A stretch of DNA of 64,000 bases from an uncultured Chloroflexota bacterium (GTDB lineage Bacteria; Chloroflexota; UBA11872; VXNJ01): the NCBI GenBank assembly GCA_913043205.1, contig CAJWLF010000013.1:4787-68786 (forward strand). Reading direction: 5' to 3'. A program made the position numbers and the translations under genes. Shown here piece by piece: positions 1-10,393 of the stretch. The first letter of the stretch is position 1, and each line of letters opens with the position of its first letter. Under the pieces are notes generated by a model, which was not told the DNA's origin, searched no databases, and saw nothing but the letters and a program-made list of their open reading frames with translations.

Positions 1-1
1 C

Positions 2-985
2 AAATGGCCAAGCCATGGTAGCGATACCGTAAATTAATGCTATCCCTAATCCTGTATATCTCTCATATCCAAACAATAAGATTATTCGATACAACAAAGC
101 TGCAGTAAGAGCCGTGGCTATAACGCTTACAAGAGGAGACGGCATTCTAAGGAAGAATTCCTTGTTCTGCCTCTCTGACCACACCCGACCCGTCCCACCA
201 ACATCAACTAGTTTCTGGGATTGAAATTCAAGTAAAGCAAGAGAATCCACGAAGAATATTCCATCATCACCGACGTGTTGAAACTGGAGTTTGGATATAT
301 CAACAGGAGGCTCTAAAACAAAAGAAGTAAAGTAGAAATTAGCTCGTGTATTCCCTATATGCTTACCTACCACACGCCCACTTTGATGCTTAACAGTGGC
401 CCTAACATCGGCTCTATCAAACGCCCATTCGGCAGTTTCAATCCCGACTCTAATTGGATATCTAGTAATATCCCCAGCATCGTCTGTCACAATCATACGG
501 GCTACGGATAACCCCTGCGGTATATGGGCACTAAGGCCACTATGACTAATCATGTCGACCCTAGAAACTGCAGCCATCTCGGGTAGTTCAACGTCAATCA
601 ACTGAAGCTGGTTAGCATTTGCAGCCTGTCCCGGTCCAACCGAAGGAAAGGTGGAGACCGTATATTCATGTCCATCAACAAATATCGAATCTCTCTGTGG
701 AGCACTGTCAGCAAAGGGTTCGGCGATTAAAACAAAAGGTATCAGAGCGATTGGCAATCCTATACCCCAACGCGAAAAGTTCTTATTAAACTTGTTGAAA
801 TATTCGTGATCTGGATCTATCGCCAGACTCTTAGCCATCTCAAATGCAAAAGTACCGTCAGGACTGTATCCATAACCTGCCCGATTGACACCCATCCACA
901 TAGAATAAAACAGGGTCAGGAACACAAATATCAACAACGTAGTACGCCGTGACAATGCTAAAACAAATCTCATAAACCGTGTCAT
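2..985 (-). CDS. Partial (runs off the window edge) polytopic membrane protein, GT-C/PMT-like glycosyltransferase with a large soluble insert
   Basis: Not in the ORF track. Read by hand as MTRFMRFVLALSRRTTLLIFVFLTLFYSMW...YSPDGTFAFEMAKSL...SRWGIGLPIALIPF...ALTAALLYRIILLFG...IYGIATMAWPF. The ATG overlaps the TGA of the methyltransferase (ATGA). An N-terminal TM followed by an S-x-D-G loop resembles GT-C enzymes. Confidence 0.6.
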   Translation of the reverse strand, partial: MTRFMRFVLALSRRTTLLIFVFLTLFYSMWMGVNRAGYGYSPDGTFAFEMAKSLAIDPDHEYFNKFNKNFSRWGIGLPIALIPFVLIAEPFADSAPQRDSIFVDGHEYTVSTFPSVGPGQAANANQLQLIDVELPEMAAVSRVDMISHSGLSAHIPQGLSVARMIVTDDAGDITRYPIRVGIETAEWAFDRADVRATVKHQSGRVVGKHIGNTRANFYFTSFVLEPPVDISKLQFQHVGDDGIFFVDSLALLEFQSQKLVDVGGTGRVWSERQNKEFFLRMPSPLVSVIATALTAALLYRIILLFGYERYTGLGIALIYGIATMAWPF

Positions 986-2193
986 TCTAGCCAAATCCGA
1001 CTGATAGCCAATCCCAATGGACGAGAATCATGAATGCCAGCCGTAGGGACATATTCGTTAATAAACTTGACCTCTACTGAGTCAGTTGTATGACTAGGAA
1101 GCGAATGCGATACAGTGTTCCACGAAGCAGATTCAACATCAAAACGAGTATTAGTGTCTCCAGTTATTATTTCGCCTCGTACCCTACCATTCATACCCTC
1201 CCCACTATAGAACTTAACATTGAGAGTTGCATGGCCATCACACTTCAAAGTTGCAGAAGCATGACCGTTAGTCCATCTCACACACGGAGGCCAAACCTCT
1301 CGTAGATAAAATCCTGATGTCAATTGTGATTCCGGCGCATCGGACATATCTATCACGCTAGAATTGATGCGCGAGTAAGCGTAGCGATCAGCGAATATGT
1401 CATCCGGATAAGAATATCGAGGGTCTCCCGTCTTGCGCGCGCGCATATGTATAACATCCAGCACACCTCTCGCTACCGGAGCAGAATCCAATAACCTTCC
1501 TATAACTTTTAACCACCTAGAATAGTCGTAACCGGGATCGTATCGAGTTTGTATTTCTTCAACTTCATAACCGTTTACCTCGAATAGATTCTTCAGTTCA
1601 TAGGGGACAAACTCTCGATTATGCCTACTAGTCCAACTCCATCCGGAATATGGTGGGTAGAAATTTTTCCATTGAAGAATTTTTTTAAAATTTTCAAGGC
1701 GGAACGCATTCGGTGTACTAACTACAAAATGCCCCCCCGGCTTGAGAATTCGATTTACTTCATGCAAAGTGTGAACAGGATCCCATGCAAGATGCTCGAT
1801 AGTCTCGCAAAGCATCACAAGATCATATGTTTCATCTGGATATGGATAGTCGTCAAATTCCAAATTGAATTTCTCATAAGAAAAACGAATAGGATTAGGC
1901 ATATCTCTGTGCACAAGCTCAATCTCTCCGTCTATACCCCCACTAAAATCGCCTTCGTTAGCTACGTGAATACGGGAAGGGAGATATCTATGCAATAAAC
2001 CGGTCATCAAATAAGGCTGAGCTGCTAATTCAAGCGCAAGAGAGTCAGGCCCTAGGTCAGGTAACAATTCCATCGTAGTCAATATTCTGTCTACTGCTGT
2101 ATTCAGATAATATTGAAGACCTTCACCTTCAACATGCTCAAATCCCACTAGGAACTGTCTAGCCGTATCCGGATTAGGTAAACGATTTTTCAC
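982..2193 (-). CDS. Class I SAM-dependent methyltransferase with C-terminal accessory domain
   Basis: YDLVMLCETIEHL, EVNRILKPGGHFVVSTPN and HNREF motifs; C-terminal GFY..E.W...RW...D.R.LG module. Confidence 0.85.
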   Translation of the reverse strand: MKNRLPNPDTARQFLVGFEHVEGEGLQYYLNTAVDRILTTMELLPDLGPDSLALELAAQPYLMTGLLHRYLPSRIHVANEGDFSGGIDGEIELVHRDMPNPIRFSYEKFNLEFDDYPYPDETYDLVMLCETIEHLAWDPVHTLHEVNRILKPGGHFVVSTPNAFRLENFKKILQWKNFYPPYSGWSWTSRHNREFVPYELKNLFEVNGYEVEEIQTRYDPGYDYSRWLKVIGRLLDSAPVARGVLDVIHMRARKTGDPRYSYPDDIFADRYAYSRINSSVIDMSDAPESQLTSGFYLREVWPPCVRWTNGHASATLKCDGHATLNVKFYSGEGMNGRVRGEIITGDTNTRFDVESASWNTVSHSLPSHTTDSVEVKFINEYVPTAGIHDSRPLGLAISRIWLE

Positions 2194-3779
2194 TGCGACT
2201 CCCTCATCCGAAACACCAAATCTAGCAAGCGTTCTCGAAATGTAGACTCGCTGAATCGTTTCGATGATTGGATCGCAGCTGTCCTTAGCCGCCCAGAAAG
2301 TTTCTGATCACCAATTATCTGCAACGTTCTGTGTTTTAATTCCTTTGCGTTTTTCCAGAGAAATCCATTTGTACCATCTGTAACGAGTTCTGGCTGTCCA
2401 CCTTTTCCTATCACCACCGGAATACACCCTGAAGCCATTGCTTCCACCGTAGTAATACCAAAATGTTCAAACATGACGGGATTCTTATTCACATTTGATC
2501 CGTAACCACTAGCATGCCAGTAGATAGTCGCTTGGCTATAAAGATTCCGTAACGCCTCAAAAGATATATCAGGGTGAAGTACAACCGGCAAACCGTCGGC
2601 CATCCGCTCTAATTCACCAAAATAACGAACGTCAACTGCTCTCGAACCTTTTCCGCCCGCCAGATGTAATTCCCATCCCTCAAGCCCATCGTCAATCATT
2701 GATCGAAAAGCGTTGATGAGGACATCATGGCGTTTGGAATGTCCACCTGCTCCAAAAAACCTCCCAACGCTCAGGATAATATTCTGCTTGTCGCCACAAA
2801 AATAATTTTGAGTCGAGACAGGTGGGTAAAGAATTGGCCCATCACGCTCCCAATAGTGTTGCATCCACCCAAGTGAGAATTCTGATATGGGCGAAATCAG
2901 ATCATAACTGTCAAGAAACTCTAGAGACCCATAACTCCTTACTCCTTCCAAACGAAGGCCTAGAGACATTGCCATCCGACGAAACACCATCTGATACAAA
3001 CGATGCCGCCAGTGCACAATAAATGCGTCAGTGACAGCAACACCAATTTCCCGATTGTCATCAGAACCCATGTCTGCCGGGTTGTAAGTGTCGCATCGGA
3101 TTTCCACATCGAGTTCAGGCCCTGTAGACAACCTAGCGGGAACATCCAATCGCCAAGAAATATATTCACCATCATTCGAATCTATTGTTGTGCGAGCCAC
3201 CTCTTCTCCATGAACACTAGCTTGGATGTTTACTGAACCAAGACCTACTGGACGGAAATTACCCAAAACAATCTCTATATTGATATCGTTCCCAATTAAG
3301 GGGTTTCGCAAACGAAGAACAGATTGATCCGAGCTATATCGAAACCATCCATGCCCAAGCTCCTGAACATCATAAAAACCATCATGGAAATCAGGTACTA
3401 ACAGACATCGAATGATCAACGCCCCTAACAATCTTCGTAATCGCGCCCATAATCCACTTTCTATTGGTGACGGAAATAGCACTAGCAGCAAACTATGTTT
3501 TGCTCCAGAAGGTTGCCCTGTCATAAAAGAGGAATTGATAAACAAGTCATACCGGGACGTGAACTTCTGGAATTTCATAGGGGGCATAGCTGGTACTACC
3601 CGCAAAGATACGTTTGACAAATCGATATTGAATCTTCGTCCTAAATCATCAAGATTTAGACCCTTGTGCGATACCAACTCGACCTCATGATCGTGGGACA
3701 TTACTGATGCGGCCATGCACGAATGCCTTTCCCCTCCTCCCATAGTGTGTAACCATCGGTTATATATTCCAACCTTCAT
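2190..3779 (-). CDS. Glycosyltransferase family 4 with an inserted accessory domain
   Basis: MGGGER N-terminus, ILSVGRF, K-R-H-D, EHFGITTVEAMASG (EX7E). Start moved to ATG 3779, which overlaps the upstream TGA. Confidence 0.9.
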   Translation of the reverse strand: MKVGIYNRWLHTMGGGERHSCMAASVMSHDHEVELVSHKGLNLDDLGRRFNIDLSNVSLRVVPAMPPMKFQKFTSRYDLFINSSFMTGQPSGAKHSLLLVLFPSPIESGLWARLRRLLGALIIRCLLVPDFHDGFYDVQELGHGWFRYSSDQSVLRLRNPLIGNDINIEIVLGNFRPVGLGSVNIQASVHGEEVARTTIDSNDGEYISWRLDVPARLSTGPELDVEIRCDTYNPADMGSDDNREIGVAVTDAFIVHWRHRLYQMVFRRMAMSLGLRLEGVRSYGSLEFLDSYDLISPISEFSLGWMQHYWERDGPILYPPVSTQNYFCGDKQNIILSVGRFFGAGGHSKRHDVLINAFRSMIDDGLEGWELHLAGGKGSRAVDVRYFGELERMADGLPVVLHPDISFEALRNLYSQATIYWHASGYGSNVNKNPVMFEHFGITTVEAMASGCIPVVIGKGGQPELVTDGTNGFLWKNAKELKHRTLQIIGDQKLSGRLRTAAIQSSKRFSESTFRERLLDLVFRMRESQ

Positions 3780-5170
3780 CGATCTACTATCCATCGACTT
3801 ATTGCCTCAGTAAAGGTCAATTGCTGCCTTTTCCTTCGGAAGATCTCTGCCGACACTATGTCTACAGGTAAATTCAACATCACTTTCATCCGTGCAAACA
3901 GCATCGCCCATTCCAAAGGTATACGGAAAGGATTTCGCATTAATTGCTTCAACATAACTGTGCTTGAACCGATAAGTTCCCCAACAAAATACAAGACAGC
4001 ATTGATCCCTTCCTTGCGAGGCCAGTGCTTCCAGATGATATATATCCTGCTGCGCGTCACGTTGTAAGTAAAACCTGGGGACCACTCCTTTGATAGACCT
4101 GCATGATGATGCCTTATGATTGAATTTGGCTCATATTCAATTCTCCATCCGTTACGCCGCATTCGAACTGACAGATCAGTGTCTTCATAGTACATAAATA
4201 TACGTTCATCAAACATGCCAATTTTATGCATTGTGGACAACCTTAAAAGGACCCCAGCACCACAAAAAGCAAATACTTCACAACTAACGTTGTATCTAGT
4301 TCCAATCCAATCATAAAAATGATTGTTCCCAAAGCGCCGAGTGCCTCGATCTCGCGAACTACCGTCCGGTAACAACTCGCTTCCTGCATTCTGAATCAGT
4401 TCACTAGCCATTCTCGATCTGACTTCAAACTCACACAACTCCGCCTTTTTACCTAACGGACCGTAAGCCGCAGTATTGCCATCAACGAGTACTCTGTAGG
4501 AGACTACATCGTTATTAGGTCGAGGGGCCGAGATACGCAAAGCGACGTGATCCAATTCAGTCCGCAAAGGAATAGCTAATTCAGCCTCACCGTTCGTCCA
4601 TCTGAACAATTTACCTTCATCGTCTATTTCCACTGGCCCCACACCGGAACGATATTCTACTTTTGCACTACCTTGAACTTCGTAAAGACGAACACCAAGC
4701 GAACGATTGTCTTCATTTACACCTAACGCTGATGGACAAAATACATCAGAAGAAATAGTTACAGGAACTCGAGGTGTATCAAGTATTAGTTTTGATGTAA
4801 CAGCACCCAATGTGGCGTCTCCTTGTAATCGTTCCACCAATGGATTTAGCCAGTTAGGGTCGACCACAGTATCAGGGTTTACTAGTGCTATAAATGGTCC
4901 AGGTGCACGCCGCATAGCCAAGTTATTACCGTGTGAAAACCCTACGTTAGATCCCGCTTCAATTACATCTACAGACGGGAACATTTTTCGAATGAGATCT
5001 ACTGATCCGTCAGTAGACGCATTATCGACAACAACAACTTCAAACAAATGGCGTGGGTAATTCGAGGCAACTAATGCACTTAAGCAAGATGGTAAAAAAT
5101 CTATGCCGTTGTAATTCAACACAATTACAGTAACGAATGAATGCTGTTTTCGTGCATCGGCTAGCATCAC
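3776..5170 (-). CDS. Glycosyltransferase family 2 (rhamnosyltransferase-like) with an inserted domain
   Basis: VIVLNYNG, VVVDNASTDGS, NVGFSHGNN, LVNPDT, FDERIFMYYEDTDLSVR. Confidence 0.9.
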   Translation of the reverse strand: MMLADARKQHSFVTVIVLNYNGIDFLPSCLSALVASNYPRHLFEVVVVDNASTDGSVDLIRKMFPSVDVIEAGSNVGFSHGNNLAMRRAPGPFIALVNPDTVVDPNWLNPLVERLQGDATLGAVTSKLILDTPRVPVTISSDVFCPSALGVNEDNRSLGVRLYEVQGSAKVEYRSGVGPVEIDDEGKLFRWTNGEAELAIPLRTELDHVALRISAPRPNNDVVSYRVLVDGNTAAYGPLGKKAELCEFEVRSRMASELIQNAGSELLPDGSSRDRGTRRFGNNHFYDWIGTRYNVSCEVFAFCGAGVLLRLSTMHKIGMFDERIFMYYEDTDLSVRMRRNGWRIEYEPNSIIRHHHAGLSKEWSPGFTYNVTRSRIYIIWKHWPRKEGINAVLYFVGELIGSSTVMLKQLMRNPFRIPLEWAMLFARMKVMLNLPVDIVSAEIFRRKRQQLTFTEAISRWIVDR

Positions 5171-5173
5171 GAA

Positions 5174-6874
5174 TTATTCGACACGAATTTCTCGGATGGC
5201 TATCCCAAGTTCTCGGGTATCGGGATCTATACCCATATTATCAGGCACAAAGGTCTTATCTATTTCAATTACAACTTCAAGGCGAGTAGGTTGATTCACA
5301 GGAGTGAGAGGAATTGCAAGGTCCTCAAAATCCATCCCACTCAAGCGAAACCGCGTAATCTCTTGACCATTCAACAACACCCTACCATCGGCACTAGCTT
5401 CCCGATGCAGTGGTCGACAAGCACGAATGACCAGTGTCCCTTTACCAACATCCTGAGTTATCACAGCGCACGCGCTACTTCCCATCCAACGTACTTCAGG
5501 AGGCCAATTTTCTACGGGATACCAACCACTTCCTAAGTATTCATCTTCACCATTGCCCATCTGTAAACATTCTGGAGCATGAGACCATGCAAGAGAATAT
5601 GGCAACGTAGTCATATCAGGCTGCGGGATACGCACCAAGTTGGTCCCAGCAAACGAATCGTTCTCCTCTTTTTTTATACCCCAGCGAGAATGCATAAAAA
5701 TTGCCCCGCGATTGCGGTTTTCTGATCTTCCCATATAGAGGGTTAGAACTTGCCTTAGGACATGTAAGGGCTTTTCTTCATTTCCAATTTGCCAAACCCC
5801 AACAGAAACCTTGTAGACACCCGGCCCCATATGCAACGAGCCCAATGATAATTCCACTTGACCAGAACCTAAGTCCAATCGACATTCAGAACACTCATCT
5901 ATAGATGAACTCTCAAACACGTGAAGCCCATCACTGCGAGATACAGAACACCCAAACACCACATCCTCGATCACTGATGTACAAGAGTAGCTCATACGAA
6001 TACGAATAGACGCCCCAGGTAAAACTGTGTGAGTGTTGTTGCCAGACTCATCGATGCACATAACTTCTGACAGTACTACACCTTCTTCCCCGCCTTCGTC
6101 ACCGGCTGTCTGCTTATACTCCTCACCAGACGTCGGACCGCCAACATGTTGCAAATATGATTGAATTACATCTCGGGCCAAACCACACTGCACCACTCGT
6201 CCCTCCTCAATCCACAGAACCCGATCACAAAACCTTCGAACCAAAATTGGATCGTGAGATACAAACAACATCGTTCGACCATCACGCTTAGCCACTGCCA
6301 AAGCGTCGTAACATTTCCGGGCAAAGGCCGCATCACCCACAGCCAAGACCTCATCTATAAGCAATACATCGGGACGCACGGCGATCGCTATTGAAAACCC
6401 TAGCCGCATATACATGCCGGATGAATAATGCTTGATTGGTGTATCGATAAATTGTTCCAACTCAGCAAATGTCACTATGCTGTCATAAAGAGATTCCATT
6501 TGCTGCCGGTCAATTCCCAAAAACGCCCCATTTAAAAAGATATTCTCGCGGCCACTTAAATCGGGGTGAAAGCCCGCCCCTAGTTCCAATAAACCAAAGA
6601 CCCGTCCTTCGACATCCACCCTACCCAGGTCGGGCTTCAAAGTACCGCTAAGCAGTTTGAGAATCGTACTTTTACCAGAACCATTGCGTCCGATGATGCC
6701 AAGGGTTTCACCAGCTTCTACCTCAAACGTTACTTCTTTCAGCGCCCAGAATTGCTCTACATCATCCGTGTTACGCCCTACAGCTTTGGTGACAAGATCA
6801 AAAAAGCTTTGATCACGCGAATGTCGCAATTCAAACTTTTTTGATACCTCATTGAATTGCACAGCTTTTGTCAT
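5174..6874 (-). CDS. wzt: Polysaccharide ABC exporter ATP-binding subunit with Wzt C-terminal domain plus an extra C-terminal module
   Basis: Walker A GRNGSGKST, LELGAGFHPDLSGREN, YSSGMYMRLGF, IDEVLAVGD. ATG 6874 overlaps the wzm stop (TAATG). Confidence 0.92.
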   Translation of the reverse strand: MTKAVQFNEVSKKFELRHSRDQSFFDLVTKAVGRNTDDVEQFWALKEVTFEVEAGETLGIIGRNGSGKSTILKLLSGTLKPDLGRVDVEGRVFGLLELGAGFHPDLSGRENIFLNGAFLGIDRQQMESLYDSIVTFAELEQFIDTPIKHYSSGMYMRLGFSIAIAVRPDVLLIDEVLAVGDAAFARKCYDALAVAKRDGRTMLFVSHDPILVRRFCDRVLWIEEGRVVQCGLARDVIQSYLQHVGGPTSGEEYKQTAGDEGGEEGVVLSEVMCIDESGNNTHTVLPGASIRIRMSYSCTSVIEDVVFGCSVSRSDGLHVFESSSIDECSECRLDLGSGQVELSLGSLHMGPGVYKVSVGVWQIGNEEKPLHVLRQVLTLYMGRSENRNRGAIFMHSRWGIKKEENDSFAGTNLVRIPQPDMTTLPYSLAWSHAPECLQMGNGEDEYLGSGWYPVENWPPEVRWMGSSACAVITQDVGKGTLVIRACRPLHREASADGRVLLNGQEITRFRLSGMDFEDLAIPLTPVNQPTRLEVVIEIDKTFVPDNMGIDPDTRELGIAIREIRVE

Positions 6875-7710
6875 TAAACAAGCTCCGCAAATCGATGAGC
6901 AAATCGTCGCAGCATCCACCACCCCAGAACGAGAGCAAAAACAGAAATTAATACGGTAATAGCCGTGTGACGAATTGGAAGCCAACCATACAGCATCGTG
7001 TAGCGATAATCAGAAATCAAAGTCGCCATAGGATTAAGAGTAAATACCCAACGGTGGATATCCAATCCTAGGAAACGCGTGTTTGGAACGACGGACAATG
7101 CATAAAAAATAGGCGTTAAGAAAAACCAAGCTAGCATACCTATATCAACCACCTGTTCAAGATCACGCAAGAAGACATTCACAGCTGCCATCACCATGGC
7201 TAGGCCCGTCACAAACATCAGATGTAAACACATAATCAAGGGGACAAACCAAATTGTTGCTGACACGTTTCCACGGAAAACAAAGAGCGCCAACACAAAC
7301 AGTGAAAAAGCAATGACGAAGTGAATGAACGAAGATAAGACTGCCGACAGCGGTAATAATTCTCTAGGAAAATAAACCTTGTTTATCAAATTAGGGTTAC
7401 CAGTGATGCTCCTCATTGCCGAAACAAGCGCGTTTTGAGTAAAAGTCCACGGGATAAGTCCTGCCAAAAGAAAAAGTGGATAGTCCGGAATGTCCGTACT
7501 GGTGAGAACATTGAATACCACAGTAAACACGAGCATCATCAATATCGGACTTAACATGGACCAGCCGAAGCCAAGAACAGAACCTCGATATCTAACCTTT
7601 AAATCGCGCGCCACCATGGTACGCAACAGCCCTGAATAAGATACGATCTCATGCACTGGATGCCATATCGAACCAAATAGCAACTTGTTACATTTGTTTA
7701 AACTTTTCAT
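6874..7710 (-). CDS. wzm: Polysaccharide ABC exporter permease
   Basis: RDLKVRYRGSVLGFGW, LINKVYFPRE, RDLEQ, FFLTPIFY, LNPM. Start taken at ATG 7710 with an AGGA Shine-Dalgarno (SD). Confidence 0.92.
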   Translation of the reverse strand: MKSLNKCNKLLFGSIWHPVHEIVSYSGLLRTMVARDLKVRYRGSVLGFGWSMLSPILMMLVFTVVFNVLTSTDIPDYPLFLLAGLIPWTFTQNALVSAMRSITGNPNLINKVYFPRELLPLSAVLSSFIHFVIAFSLFVLALFVFRGNVSATIWFVPLIMCLHLMFVTGLAMVMAAVNVFLRDLEQVVDIGMLAWFFLTPIFYALSVVPNTRFLGLDIHRWVFTLNPMATLISDYRYTMLYGWLPIRHTAITVLISVFALVLGWWMLRRFAHRFAELV

Positions 7711-7825
7711 AAATCCTAATATCACAACAAACTTAAGCAATTTAAACGGATGCAGCATTAGCCCCTCCGCTATGCTACAGTTTAAGCGTTATCAGTTAAT
7801 TGAATCTCCTTAGCATAGGATTTGG

Positions 7826-8500
7826 ATGGAGATAGCTTGGTTCGGAAGCTATTGCTTCCGTATACGCAACCGAAACTCAATAGCTCTCGTAGACCCTTAC
7901 CTTCCCGACCCCAAATATCAAAACCTCCAAATTAAGGCTGATGTTATTTCTATCAGTCAGATTGGTCGAAAGATTCGGAAAGTAGTGCCGAATCAGCGCG
8001 AGGCGGTATACCGTGTCGAGCGCCCAGGAGAATACGAAATAGGTGGTATCTTTATAGACGCCATCCCGGTAACCATCACGTCTGAAGAGCAAGGTTCTGA
8101 AAATCTTCATCCAATCGCGGTTACTCTAACACTAGACGACCTTACTGTATGTCATTTAGGGCAATTAGATAATGTGCCAAGCTCTTCCATAATTGAGCAA
8201 CTCGGCTCCCCAGACATTCTGATTTTACCAGCAGGAGGAACCGAAAACCTGACTTGCGAACAATCTGTCAAATTGGTCAAATCATTGTCTCCCGCATACG
8301 TGATACCTATAAGTCATCCAGATCCTGACAGTCTGGCAACCAGTTCTATTGATAAATTCATCAAAGAATTAGGCGTTGAAAAACCAGAAATTGCAAATAA
8401 TTTAAATATTTCACGCGGAGGCATAACTCATGATGTTACATCTGTGGTTTTATTACAGTCCCGTACCAGAGAAAAACGACCACCTGGGGAAAACGCGTAA
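7826..8500 (+). CDS. Metallo-beta-lactamase-fold protein with degenerate metal ligands
   Basis: MEIAWFG..CFRI, VDPY, PGEYEIGG, VCHLG, PDILILPAGG, YVIPI match the MBL-fold family layout; the HxHxDH motif is absent. Confidence 0.75.
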   Translation: MEIAWFGSYCFRIRNRNSIALVDPYLPDPKYQNLQIKADVISISQIGRKIRKVVPNQREAVYRVERPGEYEIGGIFIDAIPVTITSEEQGSENLHPIAVTLTLDDLTVCHLGQLDNVPSSSIIEQLGSPDILILPAGGTENLTCEQSVKLVKSLSPAYVIPISHPDPDSLATSSIDKFIKELGVEKPEIANNLNISRGGITHDVTSVVLLQSRTREKRPPGENA

Positions 8501-8585
8501 TGCTGATCAATCGAATCTTGCGCCAATTTAAAACGTATAAAATTGCAAATATGACTTTATTAGTGAGTGTCAGGCGCGTACAAAT

Positions 8586-10238
8586 ATGAAGCCACGCTAT
8601 ATTTTTGTCACTGGCGGAGTAATGTCCGGCGTAGGTAAAGGAGTAACCTGTGCATCCATTGGGCGTCTTCTAAAAAGTCAGAGTCTCCGAGTGTCTCATG
8701 TAAAACTTGACCCTTACATCAATGTTGACCCAGGAACTATGAACCCTGCACAACACGGAGAAGTGTTCGTGACTGCCGATGGGGCGGAAACAGATCTGGA
8801 TCTTGGACATTATGAACGATTCACTGATGAGAATCTAACTCAACTCAGCAACCTCACTAGTGGGCAAGTATACGAGGACGTTATCCGTAGAGAGCGACGA
8901 GGTGATTACTTAGGGGGAACAATTCAAGTAATTCCTCACGTAACAGACGTGATCAAAACGCGAATAATAGAAGCAGGCGAAACTAGCAGAGCAAACGTGG
9001 TAGTAGTAGAGGTAGGGGGCACTGTTGGTGACATGGAAGGGTTGCCTTTTTTTGAAGCCCTGCGCCAGCTAAGACGGGAGCTAGGTCCAGAGAATGTCAT
9101 GTATGTACACGTCACCTTTCTTCCCCATATAGGACCTACTGGAGAGCTAAAGACAAAGCCAACTCAGCATAGCGTTTCTATGCTCCGCAGTATTGGAATC
9201 ATGCCCGATGTAATTGCATGTCGAAGTGACCTCCCATTTGAACAAGACACCAGAGAAAAAATTGCCTTGTTCTGCGATGTGGATAATGAGGCCGTTATTT
9301 CACTGACATCCGTAGACAACATTTATTCAGTGCCGTTAATTCTGCAGGACGAGGGAATGGGTACTTTGATAGCAGAAAAGCTAGGATTGGATGCAGTACC
9401 TGCGGATCTCACAGATTGGCAGGCAATGGTGGAGCGTATGTCTACATCGGATAACCCTGTGGAGATCGCTGTCGTTGGCAAATATGTTGGGGCTACAGAT
9501 GCCTATATCAGTGTAGAACAAGCCTTGCACCATGGGGCACTAGCCCATGGCAGACAAATAAAAATCCGCTGGATAGATTCTGAGCACATTGCAGAAGGTG
9601 GACCAACCAGCATTTTAGATGGTATAGATGGAATCGTCGTACCTGGTGGGTTTGGAGACCGAGGAATTGAGGGCAAAATTGCAGCTGCTCATCATGCCCG
9701 CAATGCAGGAATCCCCTATCTTGGATTATGTTTAGGTATGCAAGTCGCAGTAATTGAATATGCTCGGAATGTACTAGGCCTAGCCGATGCAAATAGCATT
9801 GAATTCGATCCACATACAACTAATCCTGTGATTTCACCTATGGATGATCACTACGGTAGAACTATAGATATGGGGGGCACTATGCGACTAGGATCACACC
9901 GATGTGCAATTGGTCAGGGTACAGTAGCATCAAAGGCCTACGGCACCACAACCACAACACAAGAAAGACACAGGCACCGTATGGAATTTAACAACGACTA
10001 TCTGGAAACCATGGAAAGCCATGGTTTCATCGCTAGTGGCATTAATCCAGATCGTAATTTGGTAGAAATTATCGAGATTACTGACCACCCTTGGTTTGTA
10101 GGAGTCCAGTTCCATCCGGAATTCCAATCACGTCCTAACAATCCCCATCCCTTATTCTCATCATTTATCAAAGCCAGTTGTAAACCCCAAAAAGCATTGA
10201 CGGACAACCCAATTATTCAGCAAACTAGCTTCTCGTAA
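8586..10238 (+). CDS. pyrG: CTP synthase
   Basis: [56 protein letters not shown]. Confidence 0.98.
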   Translation: MKPRYIFVTGGVMSGVGKGVTCASIGRLLKSQSLRVSHVKLDPYINVDPGTMNPAQHGEVFVTADGAETDLDLGHYERFTDENLTQLSNLTSGQVYEDVIRRERRGDYLGGTIQVIPHVTDVIKTRIIEAGETSRANVVVVEVGGTVGDMEGLPFFEALRQLRRELGPENVMYVHVTFLPHIGPTGELKTKPTQHSVSMLRSIGIMPDVIACRSDLPFEQDTREKIALFCDVDNEAVISLTSVDNIYSVPLILQDEGMGTLIAEKLGLDAVPADLTDWQAMVERMSTSDNPVEIAVVGKYVGATDAYISVEQALHHGALAHGRQIKIRWIDSEHIAEGGPTSILDGIDGIVVPGGFGDRGIEGKIAAAHHARNAGIPYLGLCLGMQVAVIEYARNVLGLADANSIEFDPHTTNPVISPMDDHYGRTIDMGGTMRLGSHRCAIGQGTVASKAYGTTTTTQERHRHRMEFNNDYLETMESHGFIASGINPDRNLVEIIEITDHPWFVGVQFHPEFQSRPNNPHPLFSSFIKASCKPQKALTDNPIIQQTSFS

Positions 10239-10393
10239 TTCTGTTGTTTGCTGTACCGACAAACAATACAAATCATGGAAGAGACTGAACCACGGATACT
10301 TCGAGTTTCTACTATTAGTAGAAATAGAAAGGCACTAACTTTCTTTAATACGTTCTGTTTTGGAGCAATTATGTCAATAAATGGATTCCAATT

